64,000 nucleotides of DNA from Eledone cirrhosa (lineage: Eukaryota): contig OZ024740.1 of NCBI GenBank assembly GCA_964016885.1, forward strand, positions 407,402,001 to 407,466,000, in the 5' to 3' direction. The notes under the pieces are model-generated. The model saw only the letters and a list, made by a program, of their open reading frames with translations, had not been told where the DNA came from and searched no databases. Positions 24,611-38,610 of this stretch are shown here, piece by piece. A program made the translations under genes and the position numbers. Position 1 is the stretch's first letter; each line of letters starts with the position of its first letter.

Positions 24611-27600
24611 TATATCTATATTAATATCTCCCTGTCTATATTAATATCTCTCTGTCTATATTAATATCTCCCTCTCTATATTAATATCTCCCTGTCTATA
24701 TTAATATCTTCTGTCTATATTAATATCTCTCTGTCTATATTAATATCTTCTGTCTATATTAATATCTCCCTGTCTATATTAATATCTCTCTATCTATATT
24801 AATATCTCCCTGTCTATATTAATATCTCTCTGTCTATATTAATACCTCTCTGTCTATATTAATATCTCCCTGTCTATATCAATATCTCTCTGTCTACATT
24901 AATATCACCCTCTCTATATTAATATCTCCCTGTCTATATTAATATCTCCCTCTCTATATTAATATCTTCTGTCAATATTAATATCTCCCTGTCTATATTA
25001 ATATCTCCCTGTCTATATTAATATCTCCCTGTCTATATTAATAATGCCCTGTCTATATTAATATCTCCCTGTCTATATCAATATCTCCCTGTCTATATTA
25101 ATATCTCTCTATCTACATTAATATCTCCCTGTCTATATTAATATCTCCCTGTCTATATTAATATCTCCCTATCTATATTAATATCTCTCTGTCTATATTA
25201 ATATCTCTCTATCTATATTAATATCTCCCTATCTATATTAATATCTCCCTGTCTATATTAATATCTCCCTGTCTATATTAATATCTTCCTGTCTATATTA
25301 ATATCTTCCTGTCTATATTAATATCTCCCTGTCTATATTAATATCTCCCTGTCTATATTAATATCTTCCTGTCTATATTAATATCTTCCTGTCTATATTA
25401 ATATCTCCCTATCTATATTAATATCTCCCTGTCTATATTAATATCTCCCTTTCTATATTAATATCTCCCTGTCTATATTAATATCTCCCTATCTATATTA
25501 ATATCTCCCTGTCTATATTAATATCTCCCTTTCTATATTAATATCTCCCTGTCTATATTAATATCTCCCTTTCTATATTAATATCCCCCTGTCTATATTA
25601 ATATCTCCCTGTCTATATTAATATCTTCCTGTCTATATTAATATCTCCCTGTCTATATTAATATCTCCCTGTCTATATTAATATCTTCCTGTCTATATTA
25701 ATATCTTCCTGTCTATATTAATATCTCCCTATCTATATTAATATCTCCTTGTCTATATTAATATCTCCCTTTCTATATTAATATCTCCCTGTCTATATTA
25801 ATATCTCCCTCTCTATATTAATATCTTCCTGTCTATATTAATATCTCCCTATCTATATTAATATCTCCCTGTCTATATTAATATCTCCCTTTCTATATTA
25901 ATATCTCCCTGTCTATATTAATATCTCCCTATCTATATTAATATCTCCCTGTCTATATTAATATCTCCCTTTCTATATTAATATCTCCCTGTCTATATTA
26001 ATATCTCCCTTTCTATATTAATATCTCCCTGTCTATATTAATATCTCCCTTTCTATATTAATATCTCCCTTTCTATATTAATATCTCCCTGTCTATATTA
26101 ATATCTCCCTGTCTATATTAATATCTTCCTGTCTATATTAATATCTCCCTGTCTATATTAATATCTCCCTGTCTATATTAATATCTCTCTGTCTATATTA
26201 ATATCTCCCTGTCTATATTAATATCTCCCTGTCTATATTAATATCTCTCTGTCTATATTAATATCTCTCTATCTACATTAATATCTCCCTGTATATATTA
26301 ATATCTCCCTGTCTATATTAATATCTCCCTATCTATATTAATATCTCCCTGTCTATATTAATATCTCCCTCTCTATATTAATATCTTCTGTCTATATTAA
26401 TATGTCCCTGTCTATATTAATATCTCTCTATCTATATTAATATCTCCCTGTCTATATTAATATCTCTCTGTCTATATTAATATCTCCCTGTCTATATTAA
26501 TATCTCCCTGTCTATATTAATATCTTCCTGTCTATATTAATATCTTCCTGTCTATATTAATATCTCCCTATCTATATTAATATCTCTCTGTCTATATTAA
26601 TATCTCCCTTTCTATATTAATATCTACCTGTCTATATTAATATCTTCCTGTCTATATTAATATCTCCCTGTCTATATTAATATCTCCCTGTCTATATTAA
26701 TATCTTCCTGTCTATATTAATATCTTCCTGTCTATATTAATATCTCCCTATCTATATTAATATCTCCCTGTCTATATTAATATCTCCCTTTCTATATTAA
26801 TATCTCCCTGTCTATATTAATATCTCCCTTTCTATATTAATATCTCCCTTTCTATATTAATATCTTCCTGTCTATATTAATATCTCCCTTTCTATATTAA
26901 TATCTCCCTGTCTATATTAATATCTCCCTGTCTATATTAATATCTCCCTGTCTATATTAATATCTCCCTTTCTATATTAATATCTCCCTGTCTATATTAA
27001 TATCTCTCTATCTATATTAATATCTCCCTTTCTATATTAATATCTCCCTGTCTATATTAATATCTTCCTGTCTATATTAATATCTCCCTGTCTATATTAA
27101 TATCTCCCTGTCTATATTAATATCTCTCTATCTATATTAATATCTACCTCTGTATGTTAATATCTCCCTGTCTATATTAATATCTCTCTATCTATATTAA
27201 TATCTCCCTTTCTATATTAATATCTCCCTGTCTATATTAATATCTTCCTGTCTATATTAATATCTCCCTTTCTATATTAATATCTCCCTGTCTATATTAA
27301 TATCTCTCTATCTATATTAATATCTCCCTGTCTATATTAATATCTCCCTTTCTATATTAATATCTCCCTGTCTATATTAATATCTCCCTGTCTATATTAA
27401 TATCTCCCTTTCTATATTAATATCTTCCTGTCTATATTAATATCTCCCTGTCTATATTAATATCTCCCTGTCTATATTAATATCTCCCTGTCTATATTAA
27501 TATCTCCCTTTCTATATTAATATCTCCCTCTCTATATTAATATCTCTCTATCTATATTAATATCTACCTCTGTATGTAAATATCTCCCTGTCTATATTAA

Positions 27601-29543
27601 TATCTCTCTATCTATATTAATATCTCCCTGTCTATATTAATATCTCCCTTTCTATATTAATATCTCCCTGTCTATATTAATATCTCCCTGTCTATATTAA
27701 TATCTCCCTGTCTATATTAATATCTCCCTGTCTATATTAATATCTCCCTATCTATATTAATATCTTCCTGTCTATATTAATATCTCCCTTTCTATATTAA
27801 TATCTCCCTCTCTATATTAATATCTCTCTATCTATATTAATATCTTCTGTCTATATTAATATCTCCCTATCTATATTAATATCTTCCTGTCTATATTAAT
27901 ATCTCCCTGTCTATATTAATATCTCTCTATCTATATTAATATCTCTCTATCTATATTAATATCTCCCTGTCTATATTAATATCTCCCTATCTATATTAAT
28001 ATCTCTCTGTCTATATGATATCTCTCTATCTATATTAATATCTCTCTATCTATATTAATATCTCCCTGTCTATATTAATATCTTCCTGTCTATATTAATA
28101 TCTCTCTATCTATATTAATATCTCCCTGTCTATATTAATATCTCCCTGTCTATATTAATATCTCCCTATCTATATTAATATCTTCCTGTCTATATTAATA
28201 TCTCCCTGTCTATATTAATATCTCTCTATCTATATTAATATCTCCCTGTCTATATTAATATCTCTCTATCTACATTAATATCTCCCTGTCTATATTAATA
28301 TCTCCCTTTCTATATTAATATCTCCCTTTCTATATTAATATCTCTCTATCTATATTAATATCTCTCTGTCTATATTAATATCTCTCTATCTACATTAATA
28401 TCTCCCTGTCTATATTAATATCTCCCTTTCTATATTAATATCTCCCTTTCTATATTAATATCTCCCTATCTATATTAATATCTCTCTGTCTATATGATAT
28501 CTCTCTATCTATATTAATATCTCTCTATCTATATTAATATCTCCCTGTCTATATTAATATCTTCCTGTCTATATTAATATCTCTCTATCTATATTAATAT
28601 CTCCCTGTCTATATTAATATCTCCCTGTCTATATTAATATCTCCCTATCTATATTAATATCTTCCTGTCTATATTAATATCTCCCTGTCTATATTAATAT
28701 CTCTCTATCTACATTAATATCTCCCTGTCTATATTAATATCTCCCTTTCTATATTAATATCTCCCTTTCTATATTAATATCTCCCTATCTATATTAATAT
28801 CTCTCTGTCTATATGATATCTCTCTATCTATATTAATATCTCCCTGTCTATATTAATATCTTCCTGTCTATATTAATATCTCTCTATCTATATTAATATC
28901 TCCCTGTCTATATTAATATCTCCCTGTCTATATTAATATCTCCCTGTCTATATTAATATCTCCCTATCTATATTAATATCTTCCTGTCTATATTAATATC
29001 TCCCTGTCTATATTAATATCTCTCTATCTATATTAATATCTCTCTATCTATATTAATATCTCCCTGTCTATATTAATATCTCTCTATCTATATTAATATC
29101 TCTCTATCTACATTAATATCTCCCTGTCTATATTAATATCTCCCTTTCTATATTAATATCTCCCTTTCTATATTAATATCTCCCTATCTATATTAATATC
29201 TCTCTGTCTATATGATATCTCTCTATCTATATTAATATCTCTCTATCTATATTAATATCTCCCTGTCTATATTAATATCTCTCTATCTATATTAATATCT
29301 CTCTATCTATATTAATATCTCCCTGTCTATATTAATATCTCTCTATCTACATTAATATCTCCCTGTCTATATTAATATCTCCCTTTCTATATTAATATCT
29401 CCCTTTCTATATTAATATCTCTCTATCTATATTAATATCTACCTCTGTATGTTAATATCTCTCTATCTATATTAATATCTACCTCTGTATGTTAATATCT
29501 CTCTATCTATATTAATATCTACCTCTGTATGTTAATATCTCCC
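24611..29543. repeat. 20-bp satellite block 2
   Basis: Same unit and orientation as block 1. Confidence 0.98.
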
Positions 29544-32441
29544 TAAGGAGCGGTTGACAGGCGCCATCGTCAACAGCAGGTGGTGGGATCTCTCAAAAGA
29601 GAGATTAGAGTAGTCTCTATAGAATTTAGTAAGGAGTTAGCCTCAAATAGAAATAGGAAGGAAAGGGAGCTGGTAGATAGTGTAGAAGAGGCAATTGAAG
29701 CGGCGACGTGGCCAGAGTGCTAGCGTCGAGAACGGCCCTGAGCCAGTTCTTCGACGCGAAACACGAAGGCTGCATCGTCCGAAGCAAAATACGTGCTCTG
29801 GGAAACGAGGGGACCAAAGCTGTTAGCTGGGCCCGCGTGACAGAAGCCAACAGAGGGAGCAGATCCACTATCCGGTCTTTGCGAGACCAGGATGGACGGG
29901 TGATCCTTGAACCTAAGCAGATGTGCGAGGCTTTTCAAAAGCACTTTGCCGGATTGTTAGGAAGGGGCGGGGAGCCGGTTGGGGATGTGGACTTCCGTCC
30001 ATACCTCGACGGCCTGCTGCGTCTCTCGGACAGGGAGGCGAAGTCCTGCGAGGAGCCTATTTCAGCCGCTGAGATAGAGGACGTGTTAAGCCAATGCGGC
30101 AAAAGCAAATCCCCGGGTCTCGATGGTCTTCCATACGTACTGTATCTAGCTATGCCGGACTTGTTCCCCGATCTCCTCAAGGCGGTCTACTGCAACTGGC
30201 AACAGAACGGGAGAATTCCCTGTGCTGTGACCAAGGGCGTAGTCACGCTAGTGAGGAAGGACGAGAACAAGGGGGACAATATAAATAATTTCAGGCCCAT
30301 AACTCTGCTAAATACAGAGTTACAGATTTTGGCCAAGATGCTAGCAAAGAGGTTCGCGCTTGTCATGGGCAACCTGGTGGGAGATGCGCAGACATGTGCT
30401 ATCCCGTCCAGGTCCATCCACGACAACCTCCACCTTATGCAATACATCATAGAGAGGGTTGGGAATGAACCCGGCTTTGGTGGGGCCCTGATCAACTTGG
30501 ATCAATCTAAGGCGTTCGATAGGATCGACCATGGTTACCTGGATGCGGTGCTAGCGGCGGCAGGCTTCGGACCCGTTTTCAGGGGCTGGATCAATGCCAT
30601 GCACAGCAGCCGCATCTGCTCTAGGGTCAAGGTGAACGGCTACAGCTCGGAGCCGTTCGAAATCGCGCGGTCCATCCGACAAGGGTGCCCTCTCTCCTCC
30701 CTTCTGTATGTAATGACTCTTGAGCCACTGCTGCGGAAGTTGGAGTTGTTGCAGGGCATCCCGTTGGAACCGGCATTGCGGAAAGCGGTGTCGGCCTACG
30801 CCGATGACGTAACAGTAATGGTGTCGACGGCCTCGGAAATCGGGGCGATCGGCACCTTACTTGAGGAGTACGAAAGGTTTACAGGGGCTAAGCTGAACCG
30901 GGACAAGTCGATCGGTCTGCAACTTGGCACGTTGAGGGGCAGATCGATGCCCTCCGATGGCGTCGTCGGGCGTTGGACGGAGGGCCCGGTGAAGTTGCTC
31001 GGAGTCTGGTTCGGACCAGACATCCAGGTGGAGAAGAACTGGGGTGAGGTAACGAACAGGGTGTTTGCACTAACCCAGAAGTGGGCCGAGTGCAAATTTT
31101 CCCTGAAAGGTCGGGCAGAGGTGGCGAACACTTATATAGCGTCCGTCATCTACTACCACCTGACCGTTGTGCCTTGCCCAAGGTAAACGCTCGCCAAAAT
31201 GGAGGGCGCACTCTTCCAATTCCTTTGGAAGAAGCGGGCTCCTATAGTGAGGAGATCCACCTGCTGTCAACACCCTTCAAAAGGAGGGCTGGGGATGCCG
31301 TGGCTAATGATATGTAAACACGCATTAAGGCTACGGCACCTTCAGGTATTCCTCACCGGTCAACCGGTGTGGGCCCCGTTTGTGAGGCGAACCTTTCCCA
31401 GACTCGTCTCACTCACCGAGCTGCAATCCTGGGTCAAGCAAAGACCGAGAAAACTGGGCGCCTGGCACACCGAGTGTGCCCAGGCGCTCACGGCTCTCTG
31501 GCAGGCGGACCCGGCTGTCAGTGGAGAATCCACCTCGTCATTCTATAGAGGGCTGGTGGTTAGCAGGTGCGACGACGCCCTCGGAGAAGCCCTAGGCATG
31601 GAGGAAGACGAACTGGCCAACCTGTTCGGTAGGACATTCAGCCCGGGACCCATGGATAACTTCCAGAGGTCCCTGGCCTGGCAATGCTACAGAAGGGCTC
31701 TGCCCGTTCGAGAAAGGCTCTACAGACACGGGCGCCCGGGTAGGGACCCATCGAAAAAGATCTGTCCCAGATGCGTGTGCGACGAGGAAACCGTTGCACA
31801 CGCATTGGTACACTGCTCGGGCATTGCCGATCTGTCGGGCTATGTCGAACAACTGCTGTCAAGGGTGGGACCGATCCGGTTGACCACCGAGTCTATTGTA
31901 ACGATCAAGCCGCCTCCCCTCTTCAAAAACGAAGGAGAGGCGGTGTTTCAGTGCGTAATAGCCATGGCGAAAGAGGTTGTATGGTGGACGCGTCTGAAAG
32001 GACTGAGGTCAGACACCTTTCTCTCTGGCCAACAACTGGTCCGTTTCTTCCGATATCATTTCGGAAGAAGGATCAGGATGGAGAGAGAGGTGCTGCACCC
32101 TAGCCGTTTCTATGAAAGATGGGTGAAAGTGGCGAGAATGGCCCGTGTGAATGGGCCTTCACTCTACATCAGACTATAGGTGAGGAAGATGAAAGACCAA
32201 GGGAGCAAACCTTCTCTGTGCTCCTGGGGGGAAAGGGTTGCACACTATTTTCGGGGGTGTGTGCGACCCCCCAAGGCGCCTCCTCTCTATTGAGGACTTT
32301 GTTATAAATTTCATTTTTGTTATATTTTATTTTATTTTTATATATTGTTATTGCCTCCTCCTTATTGAGGACGCCTTGTTTTCTAAACTCCCCCCATTGT
32401 ACTTGTCCCACTTTTGATGCCCTGGTGGCAAATAAAAGAAA
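29544..32441 (+). mobile_element. Tx1/L1-clade retrotransposon copy 2, 5'-truncated after the endonuclease, diverged subfamily
   Basis: Colinear with 21711-24610; RT motifs intact; stop at 31184-31186 (GAA in copy 1); small indels near the 5' end; same 3' UTR. Confidence 0.95.
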
Positions 32442-34444
32442 CATATCTATATTAATATCTCCCTGTCTATATTAATATCTCTCTATCTACATTAATATCT
32501 CCCTGTCTATATTAATATCTCCCTGTCTATATTAATATCTCCCTGTCTATATTAATATCTCCCTGTCTATATTAATATCTTCCTGTCTATATTAATATCT
32601 CTCTGTCTATATTAATATCTCTCTGTCTATATTAATATCTTCTGTCTATATTAATATCTCCCTGTCTATATTAATATCTCCCTGTCTATATTAATATCTT
32701 CTGTCTATATTAATATCTCTCTGTCTATATGATATCTCTCTATCTATATTAATATCTCCCTGTCTATATTAATATCTCCCTGTCTATATTAATATCTCCC
32801 TGTCTCTAATAATATCTTCCTGTCTATATTAATATCTCTCTGTCTATATTAATATCTCTCTGTCTATATTAATATCTTCTGTCTATATTAATATCTCCCT
32901 GTGTATATTAATATCTCTCTGTCTATATTAATATCTCTCTATCTATATTAATATCTCCCTGTCTATATTAATATCTCCCTGTCTATATTAATATCTCCCT
33001 GTCTATATTAATATCTCCCTGTCTATATTAATATCTCTCTGTCTATATGATATCTCTCTATCTATATTAATATCTCCCTGTCTATATTAATATCTCCCTG
33101 TCTATATTAATATCTCCCTGTCTCTAATAATATCTTCCTGTCTATATTAATATCTCTCTGTCTATATTAATATCTCCCTGTCTACATTAATATCTCCCTG
33201 TCTATATTAATATCTCCCTGTCTATATTAATATCTCCCTGTCTATATTAATATCTGCCCATCTATATTAATATCTCCCTGTCTATATTAATATCTCCCTG
33301 TCTATATTAATATCTCCCTGTCTATATTAATATCTCCCTGTCTATATTAATAACGCCCTGTCTATATTAATATCTCCCTGTCTATATCAATATCTCCCTG
33401 TCTATATTAATATCTCTCTATCTACATTAATATCTCCCTGTCTATATTAATATCTACCTGTCTATATTAATATCTCCCTGTCTATATTAATATCTCCCTG
33501 TCTATATTAATATCACCCTCTCTATCTACATTAATATCTCCCTGTCTATATTAATATCTCCCTGTCTATATTAATATCTCTCTATCTACATTAATATCTC
33601 CCTGTCTATATTAATATCTCCCTGTCTATATTAATATCACCCTCTCTATCTACATTAATATCTCCCTGTCTATATTAATATCTCCCTGTCTATATTAATA
33701 TCTCCCTGTCTATATTAATATCTCTCTATCTACATTAATATCTCCCTGTCTATATTAATATCTTCTGTCTATATTAATATCTCCCTGTCTATATTAATAT
33801 CTCTCTATCTATATTAATATCTCCCTGTCTATATTAATATCTCCCTGTCTATATTAATATCTCCCTATATTAATATCTCTCTGTCTATATTAATATCTCT
33901 CTGTCTATATTAATATCTCTCTATCTATATTAATATCTCTCTATCTACATTAATATCTCCCTGTCTATATTAATATCTCCCTGTCTATATTAATATCTCC
34001 CTGTCTATATTAATATCTCCCTGTCTATATTAATATCTTCTGTCTATATTAATATCTCCTTGTCTATATTAATATCTCTCTATCTATATTAATATCTCCC
34101 TGTCTATATTAATATCTCCCTCTCTATATTAATATCTCCCTGTCTATATTAATATCTTTCTATCTACATTAATATCTCCCTGTCTATATTAATATCCCCC
34201 TGTCTATATTAATGTCTCTCTATCTATATTAATATCTCTCTGTCTATATTAATATCTCCCTGTCTATATTAATATCTTCTGTCTATATTAATATCTCTCT
34301 ATCTATATTAATATCTCTCTATCTACATTAATATCTCCCTGTCTATATTAATATCTCCCTGTCTATATTAATATCTTCTGTCTATATTAATATCTCTCTG
34401 TCTATATTACTATCTCTCTATCTATATTAATATCTCCCTGTCTG
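32442..34444. repeat. 20-bp satellite block 3
   Basis: Same unit and orientation. Confidence 0.98.
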
Positions 34445-35581
34445 TAATGATGCGTAAACACGCATTAAGGCTACGGCACCTCTACGTATTCCTCACCGGA
34501 CAACCGGTGTGGGCCTCGTTTGTGAGACGAACCTTTCCCAGACTCGTCTCACTCACCGAGCTGCAATCCTGGGTCAAGCAAAGACCGAGAAAACTGGGCG
34601 CCTGGCACACTGAGTGTGCCCAGGCGCTCACCGCCCTCTGGCAGGCGGATCCGGTTATCAGTGGAGACTCCACCGCAACATTCTATAGAGGGCTGGTACG
34701 CAGCAGGTGCGACGACGCCCTCGGAGAAGCCCTAGACATGGAGGAGGACGAACTGGCCAGCCTGTTCGGTAGGACATTCAGCCCGGGACCTATGGACAAC
34801 TTCCAGAAGTCCCTGGCCTGGCAGTGCTACCGAGGGGCTTTACCCGTTCGAGAAAGGCTCTACAGACACGGGCGCCCGGGTAGGGACCCCGCCAAAAAGA
34901 TCTGTCCCAGATGCGTGTGCGACGAGGAAACCGTTGCACACGCATTAGTACACTGCTCGGGCGTAGCCGATCTGTGGGGCTATGTCGAACAACTGCTGTC
35001 AAGGGTGGGACCGATCCGGTTGACCACCGAGTCTATTGTAATGATCAAGCCGCCTCCCCCCTTCAAAGATGAAGCAGAGGCGGTGTTTCTGTGCGTAATA
35101 GCCATGGCGAAAGAGGTTGTATGGTGGACGCGTCTGAAAGGACTGAGGTCGGGCACCTTTCTCTCTGGCCAACAACTGGTCCGTTTCTTCCGATATCATT
35201 TCGGAAGAAGGATCAGGATGGAGAGAGAGGTGCTGCACCCCAGCCGTTTCTATGAAAGATGGGTGAAAGTGGCGAGAATGGCCCGTGTGAATGGGCCTTC
35301 ACTCTACATCAGACTATAGGTGAGGAAGATGAAAGACCAAGGGAGCACCCCTTCTCTGTGCTCCTGAGGAGAAGGGTTGCACACTTTTTTCGGGGGTGTG
35401 TGCGACCCCCCAAGGCGCCTCCTCTCTATTGAGGATTTTGTTAAAAATTTTATTTTTTGTTATATCTTATTTTATTTTTATATTTTGTTATTGCCTCCTC
35501 CTTATTGAGGACGCCTTTTTGTGTAAACTCCCCCCTTTGTACTTGTCCCACTTTTGATGCCCTAGTGGCAAATAAAAGAAA
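34445..35581 (+). mobile_element. Tx1/L1-clade retrotransposon copy 3, last 1.1 kb only
   Basis: Nearly identical to 23474-24610 (about three substitutions seen by eye). Confidence 0.95.
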
Positions 35582-38500
35582 TATATCTATATTAATATCT
35601 CCCTGTCTATATTAAAATCTCCCTGTCTATATTAATATCTCTCTGTCTATATTAATATCTCCCTGTCTATATTAATATCCCCCTGTCTATATTAATATCT
35701 CTCTATCTATATTAATATCTCTCTATCTATATTAATATCTCCCTGTCTATATTAATATCTCTCTATCTACATTAATATCTCCCTGTCTATATTAATATCT
35801 CCCTGTCTATATTAATATCTCCCTGTCTATATTAATATCTCTCTGTCTATATTAATATCTCCCTGTCTATATTAATATCTCTCTATCTACATTAATATCT
35901 CCCTGTCTATATTAATATCTGCCCATCTATATTAATATCTCCCTGTCTATATTAATATCTCCCTGTCTATATTAATATCTCCCTGTCTATATTAATATCT
36001 TCCTGTCTATATTAATATCTTCCTGTCTATATTAATATCTCCCTGTCTATATTAATATCTCCCTGTCTATATTAATATCGCCCTGTCCATATTAATATCT
36101 CCCTGTCTATATTAATATCTCTCTATCTACATTAATATCTCCCTGTCTATATTAATATCTCCCTGTCTATATTAATATCTCCCTGTCTATATTAATATCT
36201 CTCTGTCTATATTTATATCTCCCTGTCTATATTAATATCTCTCTATCTACATTAATATCTCCCTGTCTATATTAATATCTGCCCATCTATATTAATATCT
36301 CCCTGTCTATATTAATATCTCCCTGTCTATATTAATATCTCCCTGTCTATATTAATATCTCCCTGTCTATATTAATATCTCTCTGTCTATATTTATATCT
36401 CCCTGTCTATATTAATATCTCTCTATCTACATTAATATCTCCCTGTCTATATTAATATCTGCCCATCTATATTAATATCTCTCTGTCTATATTAATATCT
36501 TCTGTCTATATTAATATCTCCCTGTCTATATTAATATCGCCCTGTCTATATTAATATCTTCTGTCTATATTAATATCTCTCTGTCTATATGATATCTCTC
36601 TATCTATATTAATATCTCCCTGTCTATATTAATATCTCCCTGTCTATATTAATATCTCCCTGTCTCTAATAATATCTTCCTGTCTATATTAATATCTCTC
36701 TGTCTATATTAATATCTCTCTGTCTATATTAATATCTTCTGTCTATATTAATATCTCCCTGTGTATATTAATATCTCTCTGTCTATATTAATATCTCTCT
36801 ATCTATATTAATATCTCCCTGTCTATATTAATATCTCCCTGTCTATATTAATATCTCCCTGTCTATATTAATATCTCCCTGTTTATATTAATATCTCTCT
36901 ATCTATATTAATATCTCCCTGTCTACATTAATATCTCCCTGTCTATATTAATATCTCCCTGTCTATATTAATATCTGCCCATCTATATTAATATCTCCCT
37001 GTCTATATTAATATCTCCCTGTCTATATTAATATCTCCCTGTCTATATTAATATCTTCCTGTCTATATTAATATCTTCCTGTCTATATTAATATCTCCCT
37101 GTCTATATTAATATCTCCCTGTCTATATTAATATCGCCCTGTCCATATTAATATCTCCCTGTCTATATTAATATCTCTCTATCTACATTAATATCTCCCT
37201 GTCTATATTAATATCTCCCTGTCTATATTAATATCTCCCTGTCTATATTAATATCTCTCTGTCTATATTTATATCTCCCTGTCTATATTAATATCTCTCT
37301 ATCTACATTAATATCTCCCTGTCTATATTAATATCTGCCCATCTATATTAATATCTCCCTGTCTATATTAATATCTCCCTGTCTATATTAATATCTCCCT
37401 GTCTATATTAATATCTCCCTGTCTATATTAATATCTCTCTGTCTATATTTATATCTCCCTGTCTATATTAATATCTCTCTATCTACATTAATATCTCCCT
37501 GTCTATATTAATATCTGCCCATCTATATTAATATCTCTCTGTCTATATTAATATCTTCTGTCTATATTAATATCTCCCTGTCTATATTAATATCGCCCTG
37601 TCTATATTAATATCTTCTGTCTATATTAATATCTCTCTGTCTATATGATATCTCTCTATCTATATTAATATCTCCCTGTCTATATTAATATCTCCCTGTC
37701 TATATTAATATCTCCCTGTCTCTAATAATATCTTCCTGTCTATATTAATATCTCTCTGTCTATATTAATATCTCTCTGTCTATATTAATATCTTCTGTCT
37801 ATATTAATATCTCCCTGTGTATATTAATATCTCTCTGTCTATATTAATATCTCTCTATCTATATTAATATCTCCCTGTCTATATTAATATCTCCCTGTCT
37901 ATATTAATATCTCCCTGTCTATATTAATATCTCCCTGTTTATATTAATATCTCTCTATCTATATTAATATCTCCCTGTCTATATTAATATCTGCCCATCT
38001 ATATTAATATCTCCCTGTCTATATTAATATCTCCCTGTCTATATTAATATCTCCCTGCCTATATTAATATCTTCCTGTCTATATTAATATCTTCCTGTCT
38101 ATATTAATATCTCCCTGTCTATATTAATATCTCCCTGTCTATATTAATATCGCCCTGTCTATATTAATATCTCCCTGTCTATATTAATATCTCTCTATCT
38201 ACATTAATATCTCCCTGTCTATATTAATATCTCCCTGTCTATATTAATATCTCCCTGTCTATATTAATATCTCTCTGTCTATATTTATATCTCCCTGTCT
38301 ATATTAATATCTCTCTATCTACATTAATATCTCCCTGTCTATATTAATATCTGCCCATCTATATTAATATCTCCCTGTCTATATTAATATCTCCCTGTCT
38401 ATATTAATATCTCCCTGTCTATATTAATATCTCCCTGTCTATATTAATATCTCTCTGTCTATATTTATATCTCCCTGTCTATATTAATATCTCTCTATCT

Positions 38501-38610
38501 ACATTAATATCTCCCTGTCTATATTAATATCTGCCCATCTATATTAATATCTCCCTGTCTATATTAATATCTCCCTGTCTATATTCACATCTTTTTATCT
38601 ATATTCACAT
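35582..38610. repeat. 20-bp satellite block 4
   Basis: Same unit; degenerates to TCTATATTCACATC at the right edge. Confidence 0.98.

Noticed and set aside
21363-35238. Antisense and alternate-frame ORFs within the LINE copies
   Set aside because: Shadow ORFs of GC-rich ORF2 sequence
19090-38610. Telomeric retrotransposon array (TRAS/SART or HeT-A-like)
   Set aside because: The repeat is not telomeric, the locus is interstitial and probably intronic, and the elements are separated by kilobases of satellite
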